Origin: Octopus vulgaris
Lineage: Eukaryota
Direction: 5' to 3'
Assembly: GCA_951406725.2 (NCBI GenBank)
Contig: OX597832.1
Coordinates: 71,728,224 to 71,792,223, forward strand
Length of the DNA stretch: 64,000 nt
Under the pieces are notes generated by a model, which saw only the letters and a program-made list of their open reading frames with translations, searched no databases and was not told the origin of the DNA. Positions 12,397 to 24,123 of the stretch are shown here, in pieces. Numbering within the stretch: the stretch's first letter is position 1; each line of letters starts with the position of its first letter. Both the position numbers and the translations under genes were made by a program.

Positions 12397-14046
12397 CTGA
12401 AAATAGGAAATGATTTTAAACTTAAAAGTGCTAACAGGTTATCCCTTATGGACTTCAAGAGAGAAACTAACCATCCACTGCTAGGTGACTATAATCAACT
12501 ACTTTCCAACAATACATACAGTAACCAATTTTAATTGGCATTATTCTTAAAAAATAATGTAAATAATTGAAGATAAGTAAAGGTAGTATTTCTAATGTTA
12601 CAATGTTATTCTAGGGTAAGACACTATTATTTAGTGGAAACAGGATGGTTTTTAAGTTGCTAGTGCTTAGTTTGAATAGTTGCAGCAGATAGGTGGCTAA
12701 ATGGAAATATAATGTGATGTTGCAATGGAGAAAAACCAGCTAAAAGACAGAGGTGTGGGTTTTGGGGCCATTGCTATTGTTAACTTTGGTTGAACATACC
12801 TAGGAAATGTTAGTACTCTGTTGAACTATTAAATAAAAATCGATAAATCTAGTGCTCAATAAACCATGCTTTCACCTAGTTAAGGTTTGTTATATAAGGT
12901 ACATGACAAAGTGCCCAGTCTTCTTTTGTAAGCATGTAGATGGAAGCAAATAAGTGAGATGTGATAAATTATGTTCATCTGGGATTGTTGAATCTCTCAA
13001 CAATGCCAGTAAGTTATTCAAGGCCTATAGGGGTATTTTTTGTGTATTTTTATGATTGTCTATGGTGTTTTTAACAGATGTTTAGTGGGGAGAGTGGTGT
13101 TAAATCACTGGTCAGTTCAAATTGAGTCAGTTTATGATCAAAGGCATTCCATTCATGGCCATTTCATCTTTCAGACATTGTCTTTATAGAACTACATTAT
13201 CAAATGCACAATGTCATGTTTTAAAACATGAATAGTGATTTAAGGGAGATTGATTATTAGCTAGTCAAGCAACTGAGTAGATACCTCACCGTTGGGGGGT
13301 TGTAGGTATGGCAGATGTGTTGATATGCTCCGGGTTAATTGTACATGTAGAAACAGGGACTGTGAGGGTTAGTGTTATCTGTAGCAACTAAACTGTGTAT
13401 CTCATATGGCATGTTTTAGTGATCTTTCATTTTCAATATTTCTATTTCTTTATATAGGTAGACATGAATAAAATATGTACCCAAAGTAGAATGATGCGAA
13501 TTATATTGTCTTGTATTCTGTTGTTTTGTATTTTGTGTATTAATTTTTGTGATTTGAACCCAGACAGGTTTGCTATGTTTCTCCCATTTGTAAACACTCC
13601 TGTTTTAAATTGGTCGTTGCTTGCTCTGATGCAAACACACCTATACCAGAAATCTATCCTCAATACTGGAAACCCTTACAGGGTTCTACCTTGCTTCTCT
13701 ACCAAAGGACTTGCATACCTTCATCCCTTCCTGACACCAACAATAGCCCACACTACTACTGCATGCACCAAAAGGTGATATGTTACTTAGTAAATTAGCA
13801 AATTAACAAACCACCTACTTCTTACTTTCTATATATAATGGACTAGCCGATAGAAGATCATTTATATAATTAATTTATACATTAACCTATTTACATTTGC
13901 AGCAGTAATGCTTATATTTACAACACTACTCACCACCAATAGGGACAATGATTTTAACATGTTTGAATGATGGTAAGTGAAACCAACTGATATGAAATGA
14001 TCACTGAAATGTCAGTTACCAAATGATCACTGAAACCTTCTTTACA

Positions 14047-16850
14047 GGTGCCCAATACCATCTCTCCTGCCTATGTTCCCTCCTGCACCCCTCTCCCAGT
14101 TCTCAGGGTTGGCACCATTAATGTAGACACATTAAAAGGTAGGTTTAGCAAGATTGTCGAGATGCTTGAACAGAGGCATGTTGATGTACGCTGTATCCAA
14201 AAGATAAGGTGGAGCTTCACTTCAGCCAGGTTCCTCACAGGCAAGACACTTACGTATAAAATCTGGGAAGGTCACAGTGATGGAGTAGGTGGTGTCGGCA
14301 TACTTCTTGAAGAGAAATGGGTGGATAAGGTTATAGAGGGTAGTCAGAGTGAGAGCATCAATTATCTCTGCCTATGCCCCTCAAGCAAATCTATCAATTG
14401 CACAGAGGGAACCATTTTTATGATATTCTTCTGCAGCTACCTTTGATGAATGACAAGGATATCATCTTCATGGCTGGGGATTTCAATGGGCATGTCAGAC
14501 AGCAGCCCCATATTTTCCATAGGATACATGGGAGCCATAGAATTAGTTCCCAAAATGAAGAGGAAACAAGGCTACTGGAGTTCTGTGATCTGCAACACCA
14601 AATTCAAGAAGCTGACCAGCTACCTGATAACCTACCAATCAGGGGCTACACTAGCCAGCTCAATTATATTCTCACCAGGCAGCAGGATGCATGATTGCTC
14701 CAAAATATGAAAAACCTTCCTGGTGAAGAATGGATCCCCAGCATAGACTAGTCATTAGTGACTTTAGACTCTGGCCAGAAGGATGCCAAGAAGCAGACCA
14801 ATTTGGAAAAGAAGAATTTGAAAGCTTAGACCCTTTATATGAGCAGAGATTTTGGGACATCCTACATGAGAAAATTGTTGAGAGCAAGGAGAAGTGTTAT
14901 AGAGGGCAACTGGGAATTCCTGCAGGACAGCTTGCTGAATGCCACAAACCCAATCTTTGTATGGTGCAAAGTCCCATTCAGACCTAGGGTTACATAGTGG
15001 TGGAATGTTGCTGTAGACAGGGCCATTAAACAAATAAACAAGTCTGGAAGACCTGGAAGAGTAGAGGTAGCAGGGAGTTATATCAGATAGCCAGAAAAGC
15101 TAGGAGACAGGTATATCTAGCCAAAGGAGAAGCAGAAAAGAGTAAATAATATTCATTGATGTGAGGACCAAAAAATTGAAGTGTTCCGGATTACAAGACA
15201 GTGTGTGAGAGAAAATTGTGATGTCATAGGAGAGAAATGTGTTCGAATGGATGATGGTGCACTTTCATTTAGTGATTCTGCAATGAAAGAGGCTTGGAGA
15301 TGCCATTATGAAAGACTGCTGAATGTGGAGAATGAATGGGAGGAGAAGAGTCTACCAAATGTTGAACCAATTGAGGGACTAACTACCCGAAATGACAGTA
15401 CCTTAGTAGATAAAGCAATTAAGGACCCCAGTCCTTCAGGAATCACCACTGAGATGCTTAAAATATCTGGCAGTGTAAGTTATGAACTAATCACCTGTAT
15501 TGTAAACCAGGTGATCCACAAAGGAGTCATACCCACCCAATAACTGGTGTGGCAGCATCATAGTCAAGTACTACAAAGGTAAAGGTGATGCCTTAGACAG
15601 AAGTAATTATAGAGGTATTAAATTGCTTGATCAGGTGATGAAAGATATGGAGAGAGACATAGCCCAACTAATTAGGGAGAGAGTGTAGATGAGATGCAGT
15701 TTTGGTTTTGTGCCAGAGAGAAGCACCACTGATGCAAGATTTCTGGTAAGGCAGTTGCAGGGGAAATATATAGCCAAAGATAAACCTCTGTACTTGGCCT
15801 ATGTTGACTTGGAGAAAGCCTCTGACAGGGTCCCCAAATCCCTTATCTGGTGGACAATGCGAAAACTAAGAATAGACGAGTGGTTGGTGAGAGCTGTACA
15901 AGCTATGTCCAGTGATGCTACCAGTAAGGTGAGGATTGGCAATGAGTACAGCAAAGAATTCAGGGTACAAGTAGGGGTTCATGAAAGATCGGTCTAAGCT
16001 CCCTCATGTTCATCATAGTCTTTCAGACTATAACAGAAGAATTCAAGATAGGCTGCCACTAGGAGCTCCTAATGACCTTGTTCTTATAGCTAAATCACTA
16101 CCAGAACTAGAGAAGTTCCAGGTATGGAAGAAAGGTCTAGAATCAAAGAGCCTTAGAGTTAATCTAGCAAAAACCAAAATCTTATTAAGTTGGAAGATAG
16201 GCAAATCACAAGTCCCTTTAAATAGGTGGCCCTGCTTCATCTGTAGAAAAAGTGTAGGTAGAAACTCCATAAGATGCACCCAGTGTAAGCTTTGGACACA
16301 GAAAAGGTGCAGTAATATCAGAGGCAAGTTAACAGGGAAAATAGATTTTGTGTGTGACAGATGCACATGTACGATAAATACCAAATCAAATGCTATGCGG
16401 TTAGTAGAAGTAGTAGATAGCTTCCGTTACCTAGGTGATCAAGTTAGGAGTGGAGGTGGATGCTCCAAGAGCATAGCTGTCAGAATAAGATTAGGCTTGA
16501 CAAAGTTTAGAGAGCTCCTAGCAACAAAGGGCCTCTCTCTCAGAACGAAAGGTAGACTGTATGATGCCTGTTTGTAAACAGCTAAGCTACATGGCAGTGA
16601 AACATGGGCTGTGACAGCCAAGGACATGAGTAGACTTGAAAGAAATGAAGCCACTGGATGTGCAATGTCAGAGTATAAGCATCTTGAGAGAAAAGTTAGG
16701 TGTGAGAGGCATCAGATGTGGTGTGTAAAAGAGGCGAATATGTTGATATGGTCACATGATGTATATGGATGAGGACAGCAGTGTAAAGAAGTGCCAATCC
16801 CAAACAGTGGTAGAGGAACGGACGTTATATGATGATGATGATGATGATTA
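14047..16850 (+). mobile_element. Near full-length decayed RTE-clade LINE (APE endonuclease, RT, Cys-rich finger, (GAT)n tail)
   Basis: LRVGTINVDTL, AGDFNGHV, NYRGIKLL, FGFVPERSTTDA, VDLEKA, FRYLG motifs; gatgatgat tail. Confidence 0.93.
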
Positions 16851-18221
16851 AGTGATTTGATAGAAGCAAAAACTGTATTTAGATGGATAGAGCTTTAGCT
16901 ATGTGTTAGTTGCCACAAAAAAAGCATCAAATGTAGGCATATATAAGTTAGTATAAATGTAGGCATGCAGGGGCCATTAATTAAAACAAAGATTAAGTAG
17001 TGATAAAAGATACTTTTTTTTAAAATTCAAGAGGTATGGGAGACAACTCTGGACACGTGTCAGTCATTCAGCACTGAAGCATACGCAAACATCATATTTG
17101 GAGTTACCTCCATGCTTCGTGAAATCATTACAATATTAGTGAATGATGTCAAGAGTGAGATGTATTTCCAGAAACTGGGCGGCATGCCTACAAGGAGGGG
17201 AGTGTCACTAAAATTGAAAGAAAAAAAATGATGTCATGTGTTAGAAGTGCTATGATTTATGTGAGACGTGAGTTATAATATGGAGCAATGAAAAAATAAG
17301 AATGGAAAAGAGAATGGATAAATCAATGAGTATTGCTGTAATAGAAAAGAAAACAATTGTTGAGAATATAAGGGATAAAGGCAGGAAGAAATTTAGCAAA
17401 CAAAAATGGAATGATATTATTGGACCATGCGGCTGACGAAGAATGAAAATGAAAGAAGTAATGGAAGGTAGCAGAGAAAGAGGAAAAAGGTGAAAGAAGG
17501 AAATGAGAGTAAAGGGGTTCGTGGAAATGGATGGATTTAGAAAATAGGACAAAATGGAAAAATTTGTCAAAGTCTAAGACAGATTTCTCTCTATTAAATA
17601 TTAAATTAAATCTAAGTTAGCTATAGTTTTTCATGCAGATGACATCTCAGAGTTTGCAATATTTAAGTCTTAGAACTTGGAGCAGAAGTGAAAGCTCAGC
17701 AGTACACTGTGAGAAGTTAATGTTACATGTGGGTGACTGAAGAATATAGAATGTTGTCATCTATTAGAAAAATGTATTTAAAGGTAAAAGCAAAATAAAA
17801 CAAAAATCATTTATGCAGAAAAATAACAGTTTAAAATAGAAAAGTGAGCAATGAGGTAAATTCAAGTTGTAAGGGTGATTAGATAGTGTAACCTATTTGG
17901 AATTAGTCCAGCTATGTAAGTATGGGAAAGTGAAAAGAAAAAAAACAGTAAAGTATATGTTAAATTTTGGAAGCCATTGTGAACAATGATAAGGGAGGGG
18001 TAGATTTCAAGATGGTTTCATTATAGGTTAACAGATATCAATTTGCTGTTGATGGCTGGAAAATTTTGGAGGGTATTAAAAGCAAAAAACAATGATGGAA
18101 GTGCAAAAAAGCAAAGATTTTCATCTAGAGTTACTGTAAGTTAAGTAGAGCTGGTCTGGCATTCCATTCCTTAAAGCAACACGTGTATTTTGAAGCAATG
18201 TTTACCAAAAATTTAATATAC

Positions 18222-18353
18222 CTTGTCAGGTTCAATAAGGTCTATCAATCTTTCAAGTGATGGCATCCAACTGGGAGCCAAATGGCAGTTTTGAAAGAAA
18301 ACCCATTTGCTCCTCTCTTGAGCAGCACGCATCATGGCTTCAGGCCGTGGACC
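18222..18353 (-). pseudogene. DNAH1: DNAH1-like AAA6 exon (open, 44 codons)
   Basis: AG|GPRPEAMMRAAQERSKWVFFQNCHLAPSWMPSLERLIDLIEPDK|GT. Confidence 0.95.
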
Positions 18354-18769
18354 CTTTGAAAATATAAAATATACTCAAAGTTTTATATTTAAAGCTATTG
18401 AACATATTTATTGGGCTTATTTTTAATTTTGATATAATGCTCCTATTTCCCAGTCAATAAGAATTTGCAATTTATTTGTTTCCTCATAAATATGAACGAC
18501 TTAAATACATGGATTGCAAATAGAGGTCGGAACTAAACCTGACCTTGACATTAACTGTGTTACTTATCTAAACATATTGGATCAGACACATAATTCATTG
18601 AATCAGACATACAACTGGACATTGACACCACACACACACTCACTGGTTTAACTACTGTTGTGAGACCCATATATTCACTAGTCTGTAAAAATCATTTTCG
18701 CTGCCAATGAGATCCATATATTTATTAGTCAGTCACAGAGACATTTGTAGGTCAAACAAACTGACCATT

Positions 18770-18844
18770 ACTACTGGTCAGTGAGATCAACCACTGGTCA
18801 GTGAGATCAACCACTGGTCAGTGAGACCAACTACTAGTCAGTCA
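18770..18844. repeat. 20-bp tandem repeat, about 3.7 copies
   Basis: Unit actggtcagtgagatcaacc. Confidence 0.85.
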
Positions 18845-18873
18845 AATAATATATTAAAAAACTACTGTTTTAC

Positions 18874-19037
18874 ATGGCCTTGGCCAAGTGAAATAGATGA
18901 CATTTTTCGTGAAAATTTAATTTCTTCGTGAAAATTTAATTTCTTCAGCAAATTTGTAAAGATCAACTGCTGGGTCTGTTCCTTGAGACAAAACAAAGAT
19001 CAGGGTGTTGTTGGAGAAGAATCCTTATAAACCACAC
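18874..19037 (-). pseudogene. DNAH1: DNAH1-like AAA6 exon with frameshift and 19-bp tandem duplication
   Basis: VVYKDSSPTTP / LIFVLSQGTDPAVDLYKFAEEIKFSR / KMSSISLGQGH; tcgtgaaaatttaatttct duplicated. Confidence 0.93.
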
Positions 19038-19281
19038 CTAACAAATTCATTAATAAAAACAAATTTTAGAGCAAATTATTTTATGAAAATCATTATTTTT
19101 ACATGTCAAGACATTCAAAACAAACTATTATTTGTAATAATATTTCAATTTACAATAATGCAATAACTAGTCAAGCATACTAATCAAGTACAGTTTAAAA
19201 TATAAAACTTTAATAGAAGTTATTACCAATACTTATGAGTAAAGTAATAGGAAAACATGGTTAGAAGCTAAAAATACAAAC

Positions 19282-19399
19282 CTGAGGTTCAATAAACATC
19301 TGGCCAAAGTCTTGCATAGCATTTGTTACTTTGTCTGAGCGAAGACATTTCAGAATCAATATCTTCAGTTTTGATTTCCAGTCATCTGGAAGTTCTTCT
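19282..19399 (-). pseudogene. DNAH1: DNAH1-like exon with deletions
   Basis: AG|EELPDDWKSKLKILILKCLRSDKVTNAMQDFGQMFIEPQ|GT. Confidence 0.92.
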
Positions 19400-20510
19400 C
19401 TATACAACAGAATAAAATTATGATTGAGAAAAATAAAAAATCCCCTTCTTCACAATCAGGTTTCCTTCTCTCATTTGTGTAGTAATACAAAAGGAATGTA
19501 TGTTTTTACAGGCCTAACAACTAGATATCTATTAATTATTAGAAAACCATTAAGCATGATGGTAATAATATGATAGAGCTCCATAAGAGGACCAATGTAT
19601 AAAGCAACAGAATACTTATTTTCAATAAGTTACTCTGACTTGGTGACACAACATGGTGTCATGAGTGACACAGAGATCCAATGGCATGATATCACAGTGA
19701 CCTATTGACACACTGACATAATCATTTGGTCAAACAGTAGTACAGTAACATAGAATATGTTGAATATACAAAATAATCAATAGATACAAAATATCACGAT
19801 ACATTACACAGAATTTGTTAGAATAGGCAGATAGGAAGCCATTTTAAATCAAGTGTAGTCTAATAAAGAAAATTTTATATAATTATATAACCATGAAACT
19901 AAAAAAAGGTATGATTATTATGTAATGCTACCTAATAATATGTAGTTACAAGAAAAACATATTTTTAATACCATAACCCAGTCTTCTTCCAGAAAGATGC
20001 ATTGAAAACTGCAGGTAATAGCTAACAAATGTGAAAATGTTATAATTCAGTTGAAATATATAAAAATTCTCTTTGAGATGATAATTTTTCTTTTATTAAT
20101 TTCCAAACTGTAAAATACATAACACAACTAACAATACATATTCTAGATAATCACCATACAACATGTATTTTATACAATCAATAAACAACACTACACAATA
20201 ACTACAAATAAACATCTCCTAGTTCTTGCCATCAACTTACAGCGACATATTTATTGAGGACACATTTAACCATACTAAATTTTACCACTCTCACCTACCT
20301 TTTACAAAATTTACTGAAGGCAGTATTTAGTTCCTGCCTCTTAGATAAAACGTGAAGTGGTATTTCTTTCCACTTATTACATTCTGAATTCAAATTCTGT
20401 TTTGGTCAACTTTATCCTTTGTTGTTTAGTGTGTGTGTGTAGATTTCAATAAAATAAGGGGTTTATCCCCCTCTCACAAAATTTCAGGCTTTGTGCCTAT
20501 GGTAGAAAGG

Positions 20511-20544
<34 letters not shown>

Positions 20545-21240
20545 GATGAGCAACTAAGCAGTCTGTTTGGGAGAACTTTCAGGCAGGGTCTGTGGATAAC
20601 TTCTAGAAGTCCCTTGCCTGGCAGTGCTACTGAGGGGTGCTGCCTGTTCAGGATAAATTTTACAGGCACGTAAGTCAGCCGGGCCTGCCCGAGGTGCACT
20701 CAGAGCGACAAAACCATTCTGCATGTACTCATCCAGTGTCCAAGTATTGCTGATCTAAGGGTTTATGTTGAACAGCTGCTGTTGCGTGTTGGATGGATCT
20801 GGCTATCAGCTGAATCCATAGTGGAGATTGCCCCACTGACCTCCTTTAACTGGGAGGGGGAGGCAATTTTCATTTTTCTGGTGGCTGTAATGAAAGAGGT
20901 GGTATGGTAGACACTTTACTCTTTGGGCAAGGCCTCATCAACTTTTTCAAGTTCCATTTGAGTGTAGATATGGAAGTGTTGTCTTCTAGTAAATTTGTTG
21001 AAAGGTGAGTGAAGGTCAGAAAAATGGCCAGTATGGATGGACCAATTCTGAGAATACACCTGCAACAAAGGTATAAAAGAGAGAGGGTTCTCATCCTGTT
21101 GATCAGTCACCTGTGGCTTATATGGCTTTTTTCCATGAGTAACCTTCAAAGTGCCTGCCCCTATCGGGAATTTTTACTTGTTATATTGTTATTTTCCTTA
21201 TCAAATGTTTACACAGACCTTTTGTTGCAAAACCCTTTGT
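20545..21240 (+). mobile_element. Decayed 3' fragment of a Tx1/L1-like LINE (same family as 36350-38350)
   Basis: CPRC...TILHVLIQCP zinc-knuckle remnant; sequence similarity to 37560-38050. Confidence 0.65.
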
Positions 21241-21249
21241 TTATCATCT

Positions 21250-21510
21250 TGATCCAGTAGCCTTGAACTCCATCTGGTCCTGGGCTTCCAGTTGCTCATT
21301 TTTTTTGCTGATTTCCTTCACTTTTCTAACAAAAATGATTAGTTCTGCCTGTTTTGGACAGACTACTGTTTGTTTGAGTTCTTGCAACCATTCAGCATCC
21401 TTCTTGTGCTCCTTGTCTTTGATCTAGATGTCACTCCAAAACTTTGACTTTCAATGTTATCTGGTATCAACTTTTCATCTGTACACTCTCCATTTATTTC
21501 TTTGTAGAAA

Positions 21511-21577
<67 letters not shown>

Positions 21578-21960
21578 TCCTTTTCACTTCTCAAACTTCT
21601 TGGTTTCACTTGCCCCAGCTAATTCTGTAAAAGCAGACAATAACCTGTTGTCAAGGATCTTACAAGGCCTTTTTCCACAATACTTAACATCCAAGTACAC
21701 TCACCAACACAGCAATTTTCTGAGCATCAAATTTCTCAAATCTAGCTGTTAATGCTCCCAGTGACCCCAAGCAAAACTACTTGGGTAACAGTTACTTTTT
21801 CCATTGCCCACATTTGTGCAATCTCAACTTTTAGCGACTTCTACAGTTTCAATGTTTTCTAATTCTTTTTCATGCAACTAAGATGAGATGTATTATCAGT
21901 TCAAGATAAATTCAGTTGGCATGAAAGTACTATCAAATGGTCTTATCCCATATGCATGCA
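21250..21960 (-). mobile_element. Fragmented R4/Dong-like non-LTR remnants with an (ATT)n tract at 21512-21576
   Basis: Minus-strand fragments WLQELKQ, SPGPDGVQGYWIK, KVEIAQMWAMEKVTVTQVVL. Confidence 0.5.
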
Positions 21961-21961
21961 G

Positions 21962-22472
21962 AGCTTCCAAGTTAAAATCTCCACCAAAAGTCAATAAGAT
22001 GATGGACTGATCAAGAACAGGGGTCACCATTCATAAGGTACAACAAATTTCTACAGCTCATCTCCTTTACAGAACTGGGTGAAGTAAAGGCCAAGACTGT
22101 ACACTTGGAATCTAGAATGTTAGGTGCTTACTGCATTCTACCAGTTAGAAAATAGAATCAATGAATGTTCCATTCTTGCAATCTATAGAGGACCAGCTGT
22201 GAGGATAAGAGATGATGTCCTTCATCTCATCCTTACAGCTGATCCTCTATAGATTGCCAGAGTGGAACATTCACTGATTCTATTTTCTAACTGGTAGAAT
22301 GCAGTAAGCACCTAACATTCTAGATTCCAAGTATACAGTCTTGGCCTTTGCTTCACCCAGTTCTGTAAAGGAGATGAGCTGTAGAAATTTGTTGTACCTT
22401 ATGAATGGTGACCCCTGTTCTTGATCAGTCCATCATCTTATTGACTTTGGTGGAGATTTGAACTTGGAAGCT
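21962..22472. repeat. Long inverted repeat, ~250-bp arms, very short spacer
   Basis: Left arm starting agcttccaag...ccaccaaaagtcaataagatgatggactgatcaagaacagggg is mirrored to ...cttggaagct; scattered mismatches only. Confidence 0.95.
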
Positions 22473-23023
22473 AAAGAACTAAATTAAAGACTGCAAAGCA
22501 TTTTGATTGATATTCTAAAGATTCTGCTAATCCATCTCTGTGGAAGATACTTCTGGTGGATGTAACGATAATATGAGGACAGAATACAAGAGAATAGCAA
22601 TAGCACGAGCCAACAAGTAAGCAGCTATGAAGATGCATGACCAGCTGGAAATCACAGTCACACCTCCCTGAAATCATAACTTATCCACAAAAAAGGAAAG
22701 ATACATTGGATAATGTAGTCCGAGATACACTGTATCTATAAAACAGAAAGAGTAAGATGTCCTTGATGATAGAGTTACTTAGTCATAGCAAACTTGAGGC
22801 TAAACAACAACAAAAACAATGACAGCAAGAAGAATAAAAAACAATAATGATAATCGAGGTAGTGGTGGTGGTGGCAATGACGGGAATATGATCAGATTTC
22901 TATGCTTTTTCTCGACACATTATACATTCCTATGTTCCTTCTATATAGTTTTGTGTCCTCTGTTTACACATATTATCTACATATATATTTATATGACTTT
23001 TATATTATATATATTGTATATAC

Positions 23024-23313
23024 TGTGGGATGACGTCAGCAGCTGGACGTCAGCAGCCGGGTGTGTTGACCGGAAGCAGGGCAAGCGGAAGGGGTCAGCT
23101 GTCAGGCGTGTGCAGGGAGCGGAAATCGCCCTTTCCAACGTGGGTTGTGCAGGTGACAAGACGTGCGAGGACGTCGCAAAGGGTTTGGGCTAGCAGCTGC
23201 TATCGTTAGTGTTCGGGTCGGGGCTGTGAGGAAGGACTAGTCATCTCTGGAGGGTCTCCGTCACTACGAAGAGAAGGTAGGTGCCTCTATATTCAAATCG
23301 CGCACTCACTACA
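23024..23313 (+). repeat. 5' LTR (290 bp)
   Basis: Direct repeat of 26951-27254; TG...CA ends. Confidence 0.97.
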
Positions 23314-23325
23314 AGCTATTTCGGC
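23314..23325 (+). other. Candidate primer-binding site complementary to tRNA-Phe nt 1-12
   Basis: AGCTATTTCGGC is the reverse complement of GCCGAAATAGCT and abuts the LTR; no TGG-type PBS is present. Confidence 0.7.
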
Positions 23326-23358
23326 CGTTCTTATACATTCACATTTTTTTTCAACACG

Positions 23359-24123
23359 ATGTCTGCAAAAATTAGGATCGCCAGTGACGTCGTCAGACCT
23401 TTTAACGGTGAAGGCGATGTAGTGGCCTGGATTCGCAAAATCAGGCTGGTGGCGAGACTGCAGGGCATAAGCGACGTGGCGAGTCTTATGGCGCTGTATT
23501 TGGAAGGGAGCGCGTTGTCGCTCTACCTAGAGATGGATGAAGAGGAACGGCTCAGCGATGAGAATATAGAGCGACGCTTGTGTGACGCATACACGGAATG
23601 CGAGTACACAGCTTTCGCTAAGCTAGGTGCAATCAGGTGGACGGGAGGCCAAGTGGACGACTTTGCATCAGAAGCTAGAAGGCTAGCGACTCTGGCCGGG
23701 TTTGCCGGAGAAGGACTGGAGAGAGCAGCCCGACTGGCGTTCGTGAATGGGTTCCCCGACGATGTAGGGATTCACCTACAACGACTGCCCGGGGTTAAAA
23801 AGATGCCATTGAGCGAACTTGTAGCTCAGGCTCGCACGTTGACGAGACACTCTGGGCGGAAGGTGATAGCGATGGCGGTGACGGAGGCGCGTAAAGACGG
23901 ACGACGTCCCGAGAAAGAGGTACAGAAGCTCACCGTGCAACGAGAGCGGCCGTTCTCAGGACGGTGTTTTAGATGCCAGGGACCGCACATGGCGCGGGAC
24001 TGTACGCAGCCGGGGCCCGTTTGCTATCGATGCAGACAGACAGGGCACATTGCCCGTGATTGCGGCCAGGGAAACGACCGCGGGGAAGTTGCTGCCTCTC
24101 GAACTTTCCCCTCAAACGAGTAG
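23359..24123 (+). CDS. gag: Gag with two CCHC zinc knuckles
   Basis: MSAKIRIAS...CFRCQGPHMARDC...CYRCRQTGHIARDC. Confidence 0.92.
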   Translation: MSAKIRIASDVVRPFNGEGDVVAWIRKIRLVARLQGISDVASLMALYLEGSALSLYLEMDEEERLSDENIERRLCDAYTECEYTAFAKLGAIRWTGGQVDDFASEARRLATLAGFAGEGLERAARLAFVNGFPDDVGIHLQRLPGVKKMPLSELVAQARTLTRHSGRKVIAMAVTEARKDGRRPEKEVQKLTVQRERPFSGRCFRCQGPHMARDCTQPGPVCYRCRQTGHIARDCGQGNDRGEVAASRTFPSNE

